From Felis catus (Eukaryota), in assembly GCF_018350175.1 (NCBI RefSeq), contig NC_058368.1:58406001-58470000 (forward strand): a stretch of 64,000 nt of DNA, given 5' to 3'. Numbering within the stretch: position 1 is the first letter of the stretch; each line of letters opens with the position of its first letter. The translations under genes and the position numbers were made by a program. This document shows positions 1 to 11,351 of this stretch, piece by piece. Below the pieces are notes generated by a model, which saw only the letters and a list, made by a program, of their open reading frames with translations, did no database searches and was not told the DNA's origin.

Positions 1-1412
1 CCCCAAATGGATACAACATAGTATATGGCTACAATGAGCAAATACCTTGCAATATTTTTAAAGCAGATGTAAACAAACTCCCCCAATTCATTAAAAAAAA
101 ATCTCAAATAATGACAACTCAATGAAGCACCAAGAAAACAGTCAGCCTTGGCCAATGTAACTTCGTGGTATGTAAATTAAAAAATAAGTAAATTTTAAAA
201 ATATATGGTTATGTAACTGAATAATTAACTCTATGATTTAAAAGCTGGAGAAATCTTAAAATGGTTTATCTAAGAATATTTATGATGAGCATATTTCTTT
301 TTGATCTGGAATTAGTCTGACATTGGAATGCTAGGTAAATGCCCCTCTTGCAAATATCTCAACTGCCAAATCTTAAGAGTGCTGGTGTTTATTTTAAGTT
401 TTTCCTCCAGGCTTAAAGTAAGTCTGCAAAACATATGTTATCCAAGCATATTGTGTTATTTTACCCAGACATCTTTTTCCTCAGCAATTTAATTAGCCAT
501 GAGGAAAACTGCAAGCACTCAATTTAAGTCTTTGTGAAATAAAACCAACCATGAATTGAAACAGAAAATACAATCAGTCCATTACAGCACAACTCCAAAA
601 AAGGTAGTAAATGGAAATTATGGTTTTGCAGCTCTAGCCACCGTGACCAAAGGCCAGCTGTTTGTGAATCATATTTTATATTTTGAAGTCTGTCTAGGTA
701 TCTATTTATAGAACAGGTTCTCCATTGAGAGAACTATTTAACTCTTTAAACTTTGATCAATAATTAACATTCTAAAATGATGACACCTAACTTCTACTAA
801 AAGCCATTTGAAAATATACATTATGATTCTTAAAGGATCCTTTAAGGTGGTTTTACTTTTATGAGGATATCATCACTGATTCAGCCAGTTTACAAATTAT
901 TTAATCATTGTTATATTTATAAAAGTAAAAATCTGACAGAAAATATCTAATAACAGGAGATATTTAATTTTAATGCAACCCATAAAATATAATCTGAAAT
1001 AATTTTCAAAAATATTTGACCATTTAAAAATATGACACTCGAAAAAAAATCAACTGAACTCTCTATTGTAATTTACAAATGCAGAGAAAAAAAAATTATA
1101 TCCTGGGTGGATAGGTTCTGGTTGTGTGATTCTAGAGTCAACTATAAAGAACCATGGGAATTCTAGATGTAAATAGGCTTAGTTAGGCTAATATTATGTA
1201 TGCTTCTTAACATTTTGTGACAACATCTTGACAGGTCAAATACAGATTAAATGAGTGGAAATTTACTAATTTTGTCTACAATATTTTAGGATTTCTTCGA
1301 GTCCAGGTACATAGAGCAAGTAAAAGAACATCACAATTTTTAGATGACCCCACATTGGTGGTAGAGCTCAAAAGGTCCTAATAGAAGAATCAGGCAATTT
1401 CTGGAAATTTCT

Positions 1413-1548
1413 GGCTACTCATTAGAATCACTTGGCAGTTTTTAACAACTATTATGTTCTGGCTGCACCTGAAACCAATTAATACAGAACATTTGGGAGT
1501 AGGGCCAGGGCAAAGGTAGTTTTGAAATCTCCCTGGGTAATTCTAATT
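1413..1548. mobile_element. MER5A-like hAT-Charlie DNA transposon fossil
   Basis: cattagaatcacttggcag...aatacagaacatttgggagtagggccaggg...ctccctgggtaattctaat resembles the MER5A consensus. Confidence 0.6.
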
Positions 1549-1562
1549 TTCAATTCAGGTTA

Positions 1563-1741
1563 AAAAAAGCCAAACCATAAGAGACTCTTAAAAACTGGGA
1601 ATAAACTGAGGGTTGAAGGGGGTGGGAGGGAAGGGAGGGTGGATGATGGGCATTGAGGAGAGCACCTGTTGGGATGAACACTGGGTGTTGTATGAAAACC
1701 AATTTGACAATAAATTTCATATTTTAAAAAAAAGGAAAAAA
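1563..1741 (+). mobile_element. 5'-truncated carnivore L1 3' end
   Basis: aaaccataagagactcttaaaaactg...G-rich tract...gggcattgaggagagcacctgttgggatgaacactgggtgttgtatg, then AATAAA and an A-tail. Confidence 0.85.
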
Positions 1742-2615
1742 GAACTAACACTGGATTATAACCTTCTGCTTTAACCTCTGAACTTTTGATCAGACTCAGA
1801 ACTGACAATATTAGAACAAAGATTCTAACAACTGATATTTTAAATCAAGGCATCCTTTAAAGCCTGTGCATCCTTAAAGCCCCCAAGGGAAAGAGCAAAG
1901 ATAGAAAGAGCCAAGATATATGGCTATAGGGATGAGATGTCTTCTCTCCAGAAAGGCCCAACACAGCTGGCTGCCAGGTTCAAAGTAGCAAAGAAGCAGA
2001 AGGCAATTTGAGCAAGAGGAAAAGCTTACAGTTGAGTCTTGATCACGTTTTCCTATTGTCGTACATTCAGAGATTCTTCACAATCCTATTACTCTTTTAC
2101 AGCTTGGCAGAGCCAAGATAAAATTACATCTAAAATCTTATAGCTCCCCTGAACTTCTCCAAATTCCTGTCTAACCAACACCAGGCAAGGCTGGAAAGTA
2201 GCCTGAATTGTTAGTTCTCAAGAATTAACCTGAGTGCCAGTGAAAAGGAGCATGGTTTTACTAAAATAAAAGGTATACATATAGTTTAGTGAGAACAACA
2301 AAGAGAAAAAAGTATCTAAAATAGACATATATTTTAAGAGGGAATAATAGGCCTTATAGGACTTTGAATACTGAGATAAAGCCTTGTGTCTTAGCCCAAA
2401 ATCCTTTCCAAATCACCTTTAATGCTTTTCTAAGGTCAAGATTCAGATGCTTTGGCAAACCATTTTTTTTTGAGATGCTTTTTAATCAAACTGACATTAT
2501 TAAATATTATTAATATTGTTTAACAATAATAAATAATGTTTAAATAAAAAAAATTATTAATTTTTTAATTCCCATTTTTCCTACTCTAGAAAAGAATGAA
2601 CACATAACTTGGAAT

Positions 2616-2675
2616 ATACTTAATTTAATGTAGAACATACTTAATTTAATGTAAAACATACTTAATTTAATGTAA
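2616..2675. repeat. 21-bp tandem repeat, ~2.9 copies (ATACTTAATTTAATGTARAAC)
   Basis: Units begin at 2616, 2637 and 2658. Confidence 0.9.
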
Positions 2676-3089
2676 GGCAAAGAATCTCATTTTGTCCTCC
2701 TTAAATATGTAAAATACAGTTAAATGGTTTCTGTGTCCAACATGTCAAGAAGCAGGGCTACTTAAGGTATAAGAAAGGAGAGTAAAACAGCCATTATTGG
2801 AGATTCTGCTCTAGCAAAATAAAGCATCATCTTACAGGAAAATGACTGGGATAAAAGGAATAAAAAATTCAGTGTTAATGTTAATGAAGGGTCAGTAGTG
2901 CTACATACAGACCCATTAGGTAGTACTAGCTAGAAGAAGATCCACATTAGGTAAATAATTTTATACAATTAATAACTGTATTATTTATAAGCCAACTTTT
3001 AAAATTGGGTCAATATAGACTATTGGTAAATGTAATGGGTTTTTGGTGTTAGGAAGTTCACCCTGCACCCTTCACCTCTCCACAAAAGT

Positions 3090-3230
3090 ACTGTGGCCTT
3101 GAGATCTTCAATTATGAAATGGAGATAGAAGTTTAATTACTTTATAGGAATTTTGTGAATTTTACATAGGCAATAATTGAAGCTCTTATCACAATGTTTG
3201 GCTTATAGCAAAACTCAATAAATATTATCT
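3090..3230 (+). mobile_element. MIR fragment
   Basis: ctgtggccttg...atgaaatggagata...acaatgtttggcttatagcaaaactcaataaatatt resembles the MIR core and 3' end. Confidence 0.55.
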
Positions 3231-3352
3231 CCTCTTAGTGTTCATATTTTACTACCATTATTTAAGTCTATACTGTTAAACTCTGCGACTAATACCCAGT
3301 CTAAACCAGCAAACTCTATTTGACCAAACTACCTTAGATCTTTTTAAACAAA

Positions 3353-3558
3353 ATTTTTTTAAGTTTATTCATTTATTTATTTAGAGAGAGAGCACTCAAG
3401 CAGGGGAGGGACAGAGAGAGAGGGAGAGAGAGAATCCCAAGCAGCCTTCTCATTCACAGCGAGTAGCCCGATGTGGGGCTTGTACCTAGGAACCATGAAA
3501 TTATGGCCTGAGCCGAGATTAAGAGTTGGATGCTTAACTGACTGCGCTATCCAGGCTC
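3353..3558 (-). mobile_element. CAN-SINE (SINEC)
   Basis: T-tail, tttatt, (GA)n tract, then the reverse complement of the tRNA-derived head. Confidence 0.9.
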
Positions 3559-3593
3559 AGTCTACTACTTTTAAACTGCTTTAAAAGTCTACT

Positions 3594-3720
3594 GGGACAT
3601 CCAGTTGGCCCAGTCATTAGAGTGTGCAAGTCTTGATTTCCAAGTTGTAGGTTTGAACCCCACATCGGGTGGTAGATATTACGTTAAAAGAATAGAATCT
3701 TAAAAAAAGAAAAGAAAAAG
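3594..3720 (+). mobile_element. Short-type CAN-SINE without (CT)n tract
   Basis: tRNA-like head, gtagatattac, A-rich tail; TSD AAAGTCTACT at 3584-3593 and 3721-3730. Confidence 0.85.
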
Positions 3721-3800
3721 AAAGTCTACTATAAGTCTCCTCTTCACTCTCTCCAAACACATAGCCATTTTTCCCTTTTGCTTTAAAGAGAGAATGTTTA

Positions 3801-3985
3801 TTTTTTTAAGTTTATTTATTTTGAGAGAGAGAGAAAGACTGGGGGAGGGGGGAGAGAGAGAAAATGAGAGAATCCCCAGCAGGTAGGCTCCACACCAGCA
3901 GCCCAGAGTCTGACTCAGGGCTCGAACTCACAAACCATGAAATTATGACCTGAGCTGAAACCAAGAGTCAGACACTAGGTGCCCC
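3801..3985 (-). mobile_element. CAN-SINE with a small deletion in the head
   Basis: (GA)n, gaatccccagcagg, gggctcgaactcacaaaccatgaaattatgacctgagctg, ending ggtgcccc. Confidence 0.9.
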
Positions 3986-3994
3986 TAGAAAGTT

Positions 3995-4067
3995 TATTTT
4001 TATTTTTTATTTATTTTGAAAGAGAATGAGCAGTGGAGCAGCAGAGAGAGAAAGGGAGACAGAGAGA

Positions 4068-4125
<58 letters not shown>

Positions 4126-4250
4126 CCTAAGCAGACTCTGCACGGTGAACGCAGAGCCTAATGCCAGGCTAAAACTCAGGAACCGTGAGATCATGACCTG
4201 AACTGAAATCAAGAGTTAGAAGCTTAACCAACAGAGCCAACCAGGTGCCT
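3995..4250 (-). mobile_element. CAN-SINE with expanded (GA)n
   Basis: SINEC body ending ccaggtgcc; source of ORF-track entries 4000..4212 and 4016..4201. Confidence 0.9.
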
Positions 4251-4261
4251 TGAATGTTTAA

Positions 4262-4476
4262 TTTTTTTGAAGATTTTTTTAATGTTTATTTTTTAGAGAG
4301 AGAGACTGTGCGTGCACAAGTGGGGTGGGGCACAGAGAGAGAGAGAGAATCTGAAGAAGGCTTCAGGCTCTGAGCTGTCAGCACAGAGCCTGACATGGGA
4401 TTTGAACCCATTAACCCTGAGATCATGACCTGAGCCGAAGTTGGACACTTAACTAACTGAGCCACCTAGGTGCCCC
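4262..4476 (-). mobile_element. CAN-SINE (SINEC_Fc-like)
   Basis: caggctctgagctgtcagcacagagcc...ctgagccacctaggtgcccc; flanked by GAATGTTTA repeats. Confidence 0.9.
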
Positions 4477-4929
4477 TTGAATGTTTATTTTTAAATTGAA
4501 ATTTTCTCTCACTTGTCTGCTTAAAATCTACGTATCCTACTATTCTAATGTTGAAGTCCCAAATGTGATAGCACACTAAATAACTTAGATATACAGTCTG
4601 TGCTTTGTCATCATCAAAAACTCCCCCAAAGTCCTGTCAGTATGTTTAGCCTTTGTTTATTGAATACCATGCTCTTTCTTCCACTGGACTTCTCACTAGT
4701 AATCCCCCCTCTATACTTGTAATACACCCTTTTATTCCATTTCTGCAAACCTAACGCTTTATCCTTCACATTTGATCTTCACTTAATCAAATAATCTTCC
4801 CTGAATACCCAACCTTACTTCCAGAATAGTATATGTACCTAAATTATCTATCCCTTTATGACTCTATATATCATCTTTAAGACTCATCAGACTTGTATTT
4901 ACTTCTTCCATACATATCTTCCTTCTTAG

Positions 4930-5184
4930 CCATGTGGGTTACTTTGGCCAGTGGAATGAAGCAGATAAATACATGCTTGATTTTTAAATACATGGCTGGC
5001 TTATCCTCTTGAATGTGTGTCTGTTGCCATGGGAAATCTTGCTTTGATTAGCTACTAGTTCATAGATATGAGTGACATATGGAACAAATGTGAGCCCAAC
5101 CCACAGCTTGGAACTAATCTCTGACAGCCCCAGACAACATGAGCTGAATCCCAGCTTACCAGTAGACAGGAAATTAAGAAATGA
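4930..5184 (+). mobile_element. Old MaLR LTR (MLT1J/I-like), interrupted by an L1; 3' remnant continues at ~6515-6590
   Basis: catgtgggttactttggccagtggaatgaagcag...acatatggaaca...cccacagcttgga resembles MLT1. Confidence 0.5.
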
Positions 5185-5575
5185 TTTTTTTAATGTTTCA
5201 AGTTTTCATTTAGATTCTAGTTAGCTAATAAATAATATAATGTAATGTTATTTTCAGAGTAGAATTCAGCGATTCATCACTTATGTAAAACACCCAATGC
5301 TTATTACAAGTGTCCTCCTTAATACCCATCACCCATTTAGCCCATCCCCTCATCCACCTCCTCTCCAGCAACCCTCAGTTTGTTCTCTACAGTTGGTATC
5401 TGATGGTTTGCCTCCCTTTCTCTCTCTTTCATTCCCCTATGTTTGTCTGTTGTGTTTCTTAAATTCCACATATGAGTGAAATCATATGGTATTTGTCTTT
5501 CTCTGACTGACTTGTTTTGCTTAGAATAATGCACTCTAGTTCCATCCACATTGTTACAAATTGCAAGATTTCATT

Positions 5576-5788
5576 TTTTTTTAAGTTTATTTATTTATTT
5601 TGAGAGAGAGAGAGAGGGAGTAAGCACAGGCTGGGGAGGGGCAGAGAGAAGGAGAGACAGAATCCCAAGCAGGTTCTGTACCATCAGCACAGAGTCTGAC
5701 TCAAGGCCCTAACTCAGGAACTGTGGGATCATGAGCTGAGTTGAGATCAAGAGTCAGACATTTAACCAACTGCACCACCCAGACGCCC
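5576..5788 (-). mobile_element. CAN-SINE nested in L1
   Basis: TSD CAAGATTTCATT at 5564-5575 and 5789-5800. Confidence 0.93.
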
Positions 5789-5847
5789 CAAGATTTCATT
5801 CTTTTGATAGTTGATTAATATTCCATTGTATATTTATACCACCTCTT

Positions 5848-6042
5848 TTTTTAATTTTTTTAAATGTTTATTTATTTTTGAGAGAGGGAGAGAGAGAGAG
5901 AGAGAGACATAGAATCTGAGGCAGGATCCATGCTCTGAGCTGTCAGCACAGAGTCCCAACGCGGGGCTCTAACCCAAGAGCCATGAGATCATGACCTGAG
6001 CCAAAGTCGGATGCCTAACCAACTGAGCCACCCATGCACCCC
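5848..6042 (-). mobile_element. CAN-SINE nested in L1
   Basis: TSD TATACCACCTCTT at 5835-5847 and 6043-6055. Confidence 0.93.
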
Positions 6043-9000
6043 TATACCACCTCTTCTTTACCCATTCATCAGTCAAAGGCCATCTGGACTTTTTCAATAA
6101 TTTGGCTATTGTTGATGATGCTGCTATAAATATCAGGGTGTGTGTGCCCCTTTGAATCAGTATTTTTGTATCCTTTGGGTAAATACCTATTAGTGCAATT
6201 GCTGAGTCATATAGTAGTTCTATTTTTAACTTTTTGAGGAACCTCCATACTGTTTTCCAGAATGGCTGCACCAGTTTGCATTCCCATCAACAGTGTGAGA
6301 GGGTTCCCCTTTCTCTGCATCTTTGCCAACATCTGTTGTTTCCTGTGTTGTTAATTTTAGCCATTCTGACAGGTGTGAGGTGATATCTCATTGTAGATTT
6401 GATTTGTATTTCCCTGATGGTGAGTGATGTTGAGCATCAACACCATGTTGAGCATGATCTGTTAGCCATCTTTATGTCTCCTTTGGAAAAATGTCTATTC
6501 ATGTCTTCTGCCCAAAGAAATGAATATTTCCCGTAGTACGTCAATGAGTTCTGTTGTGGTTTGGTGTGCAAAATGTATGCTTGACATATGCATATACATA
6601 TATCCACATACATATATATCTTAAGGCAAGATAACAAGGGTTTGGCAAATACAAATAAGTATTGGAAATACATTTAATTTGATATGAATTTCTACTGAGG
6701 AAATCATATATTCTGAAAAGATTCATTTTGGAAAATGTATATGAACTTGAATTTATTCTGCTCTAATGTGCCCATTTCCCCAGCCTATCATAACTTAGAA
6801 TTAGAAATAAAATGAACAAGAAAACAATGTTGGTGGTATAGCTACAAATTTTGTCCTATTAGAGCTGGTATGCTGTGTGAGTTTTCCTAAGTTTTGGTAA
6901 ACCTAATACTGTTTTGAGTTCTTTCATCCTTGTACATTGATTCAATAAAAGATTTTATACAGCAAAGACCACGGATATAGCTTTCTACCTTTATTAAAAT
7001 GAGACTGGTATTTATCCCAAGTTGGTTATAAAGCACCTATTCCCATATAAAGAATTCAAGTTTATTTTGGCTTGATAGTCACATAAAAGCCCCAAGTCTT
7101 CAGGTTTAATAATTCATTTATTATGCCTTATCTTCCCCATACCATACCTAAATGGATTTGTTGTTTATTTGATGTTTACTTTTGAGGGTTTTTTTTGAAG
7201 TAAAACATGTAAATTAAATTGTAGTAAACTTTGTCTTACTGTAATTAACTCATTGATTTAGGCAGTCTTGTCGTTTACAGTACCTGTGTTTGGGGGGATT
7301 GTTAATACAAATTCTATTACTCAATATTTCTACTTTTAAATTTTCTAATATTTAATCTAAATTAGCAGCATGACATCAACTGTATTATAGTACTTCATGA
7401 ATCACTGAACCAGATAAATTTAGGCATATCACAAGATGATACCACCATATCATCTTCACTACATATCACCAGTTCAGGAATTATTACATATTATTTGTTT
7501 AATGTGCTCAAGTAATTAATTCAATATTTGCTTCTAGTTAATTGCAGTAATTTATGGGCTGATCTTTGGTATTTAGAGATTATTGTCAGAGTTAATTCTT
7601 GCAGGACATACACGTCTTCTGAAAATAAATTATCCTGTCCAACTCTTGAATGTTTGAAAAATAAATATAATTTTCTTTATTATAAATCTAAGAGATAATG
7701 CTATATCATTTCTGTATGTTTTCATGTAGTCAGTCTGTATACAATGAATAAAATGAGAATATGGTTCTTAAAATATAGAATGGAATGGGTAGTTTCTCAG
7801 GAGATTCATAGTAAAGTCCATAGCTATTTTTTAATGGTTCTCAGTAAATATTTTAATTCTTCCTATTGTGCATATTAAGTTCACTTCAAGAAAAATAATA
7901 GTAATAAACCATTAAAAACGTTTTGAATGAACCAAAGAGTTTCTTTTTCTCTACTTTGGTGATGTCTAGGAATGGTGAGGACAATTGCTATAATGACTTT
8001 TCTGATTATTTTGATGGAGGGACAATGATACCTGAATATTCCAACAAGTTCTTATTTGAGTGATGATACATTTGTTACTGTTAGTTAAGTTCAGGGAGAT
8101 ACATATTTTTAAATAGTATTGCATTATTCTTTATATTTGAATAAAGACAAACAACCTGATAATTTACATTTGACTGAAGTATTGATTATTGATGAACACT
8201 GATATACTATTCATAAAATATGCATCATTCTCTGTTTATAAAATGTTATACTTTGAATTAATTAGGAACCATTGGTGTATTAAGCTATGTATGAGCAAAA
8301 AGCCATTGTGTGTAAACTTTTCTTTGAAAGATAAATGAGAAAGTTTGAAATTCTGCCATCTAGTCCTTAGTAGTAAAGATAAAGTTTCATCAACAAAAGT
8401 AAAGTAAAAGACCCCAAAACACATGAACAGATATTGGTTTCTCACAATCTCTTGGTGTGACACACTTCCTAAAACTACTGTTTAAATGTTTTGTCCTGAA
8501 AATAGTAAAAGACAATGCCTTCCACCCTAAGTATAAGTATTTTAGGAAAGGGTAGAGAAAAATCATGGGTTAGTAACTGCTAATAACCACCAATAATAAT
8601 GAAATAAAGGATTCTTGCTGGATAAATGATAAATAATTGTAAATGAAAGCATACTATATACTCTACAAATGTAACAGACTTGCAGATTGGGAAGCTTCTT
8701 ATGTTCTACTTTGTTACTGATATTCTTCAGCTTGTGTTTCTGTTATTAATATCAAGGAATTGGCATGATCTGTGATTTAACTATTAATTTATCTGAAATT
8801 CTTTAATAGTTGTCTCATGAAGCAAAGAAAATTAAAGAATACCAGGAAACAGCCTGGTGCCCTTGGAAAGAAATACAGCACTTCGGGAACTTTTTTCATT
8901 ATAAAACATGATTGTGGATTCACTAGATCAAATTAAAATGATGCCTTTGAATACAGGTTAACCCAGTCTCAAACGAACAGCATGCTCTTCATAAATATTT

Positions 9001-9687
9001 TTTTAAGGAAGAAAAATAAGAAAATAGGTAGAAAATTCAGATATGTATAAAAATAGTTTGAATAGCTTAAACTATATTTAATATATTTATAAATTATTGG
9101 GATTAGTATTTAAGTTTCTAAATTATTTGAAATTTTTGATGCATTAAAAAATGCATATATATTAGAGAATGTTGAGCTGCGTCAGCTGGTTAAAATGTGA
9201 TTTCATGGAAACCCTGTACAATCACTTTTCTAAACAATATACACCTACCTCCAACCCCCAAAAGTTAGAGGAATGCTATCCTTGCATCAGAGAAAACCAC
9301 TGGAAATTCACATATTTCTTAGCCTGCTTCCCATGGAAGCTTGTGTCTTGAGGGGAGACTAGTAATTTTTATAATACAGCAGCACTAACAGTGTTGCCAT
9401 CAACTTTTTACATGCAGCCCTCTCCAATGAATTACAATTGATATGTATAACATTAAATCATTGCATAAAGTATATTAAATGTCTTTTACTAAACGAATCT
9501 TCACTAAAATGACAACCGACAAAAATATAATGCTAGGGAATAACACATGAAAAACAAATTTATTTATGTAATTTCCAACAACAAGAAAATGGCAGGAAAT
9601 TGTCCTTTTCCTATTCCTACTACAACCTCTTTGTCAACCATATTCCAAAGTCAGCTATTTACATATAAAGCTCAGTCTTCCTGTTCA

Positions 9688-9690
9688 ATT

Positions 9691-9733
<43 letters not shown>

Positions 9734-9746
9734 TTCATTCATTTAT
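9688..9746. repeat. (TTTA)n microsatellite
   Basis: Directly visible. Confidence 0.9.
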
Positions 9747-9757
9747 TAAATGCAAGT

Positions 9758-10480
9758 ATTTTTTTCTTTGTTTCAAGTTTTTATATAAATTCTCTTTAGC
9801 TAACATGTAGTGTAGTATTGGTTTCAGAAGTAGAATTTAGTGATTCATCATTTACATATAACATCCATTGTTCATCACAACAAGTGCCCTCCTTAATATC
9901 CATCACTCATTTAGCGCATCTTCCAACCCACCCCATCTCTAGCAACCCTTGGTTTGTTCACTATAGTTTAGAGTCTGTTTTCTGGTTTGCCTCTCTCTTT
10001 TTTTCTTTCTTTCTTTTTTTTTCTTTTATAGGTCATGCTTTCATTCTTCTGTTAGTTACAGTCCAGTTTTCCCAACACCGTTTGTTGAAGAGACTTTTTC
10101 CATTGGACATTCTTTCCTGCTTTGTTGAAGATTAGTTGACCACACAGCTGTGGACCCATTTTGGGGTTTTTATTCTATTTCATTGATCAGTGTGTTGGCT
10201 TTTCTGCCAGTACTATACTGTCTTGGTGCTTACACCTTTGTAACGTAGCTTGAAGTCCAGAATTGCGATGATTCTAGCTTTGCTTTGCCTTTCCAAGATT
10301 GCTTTGGGTATTCAGGGTCTTTTCTGCTTCTATACAAATTTTAGGATTGTTTTAGCTCTGTGAAAAATGCTGGTGGTATTTTGATAGGGATCGCATTAAA
10401 TGTGTAGATTGCTTTGTGTAGTATTAACATTTTAATAATATCTGTTCGTTGGATCCATGAACAGGGAATGGTTTTCCCAT
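9758..10480 (-). mobile_element. Carnivore L1 fragment with internal deletion (3'UTR joined to internal ORF2)
   Basis: 9758-10020 matches an L1 3'UTR; 10035-10480 matches the ORF2 region seen at ~44525-44960 in the full-length L1. Confidence 0.85.
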
Positions 10481-11318
10481 TCCATTCCAAACAAATTTAG
10501 ATTTGTTTCTTGTGTACTTGACAAAAACTACAGTGTCTGAACCTTGATATATAATTATTTTTCACTGATCACTAAGTGAGGGAAGGTATCTCTAAGTGAT
10601 GGTTCAGGGTTGAAGGGAAATTCCTCTACTCCTCGTTACCTCCAGTTTGTCTCTGAGTTATTTTTTCTGCTACATAATAACTTGGTTTAAAAAGGTAAAT
10701 AACTTTCTGCAGGCAATTATAAGATCTCAAGCTTTTGAACTTGACATCAGATGTGTTTTCTTTCTGAATTAATGGGTCTTCAGATAGTCATATAAAAGAG
10801 AGGTAGAGGAAATATGTGTTTCTTCAAAGGATGTGTGTATTCTCTTCCAAAACTGATTTTACATCAGATTAAAATTTTAGTAATTTTAAGGCATTTTTAA
10901 GTAGTAATTGGGGATTATTTAACTAAGTTAATTGGGTCATTTAAGTTGACCTACACACACTTTTGTATTTATTGTGTGAATTTTCTTTGGTTAGAACTCC
11001 AACAAAATGTTTGCCAAAAGTGATTTTCAAAAGCATTCTAGATCAAAGTATAATTTCTAACATCTCAGTGGCATTTGAGCCAACTCTATCCATCCTTCCA
11101 ACAGAAGAATTTATCATCTCAGAATAACTTATCTGATGGCAAGCATGATGGTGATCCCTACAATTGGCAAATCTGTGTGTTTATTTCCTCTGAACCCTGA
11201 AATGAAGGCAGACCCAGTGAGAAGAGAATTTCTTGATTATGGTCTGTTTGCCTTGCAATTCAGAAATTTGGGGTTTTATTGTGGCCTTTATCATCCATTC
11301 CTTAGTTGACTATGGATA

Positions 11319-11319
<1 letters not shown>

Positions 11320-11348
<29 letters not shown>
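11320..11348. repeat. (TG)n microsatellite
   Basis: Directly visible. Confidence 0.95.

Positions 11349-11351
<3 letters not shown>

Larger units (their letters stand above)
5185..6513 (-). mobile_element. 5'-truncated carnivore L1 (3'UTR and ORF2 C-terminus) carrying two nested SINEs
   Basis: ORF 5969..6271 reads [18 protein letters not shown] (L1 ORF2 C-terminus); TSD AAGAAATGA at 5176-5184 and 6515-6523. Confidence 0.92.

Noticed and set aside
2616..2675. Short direct repeats as a possible CRISPR-like array (also 37103-37168 and 54314-54349)
   Set aside because: Head-to-tail units with no unique spacers in mammalian DNA; ordinary slippage repeats
4000..4212. ORFs with SLSL/ERER repeats (also 60873-61242)
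   Set aside because: Translations of (CT)n/(GA)n tracts
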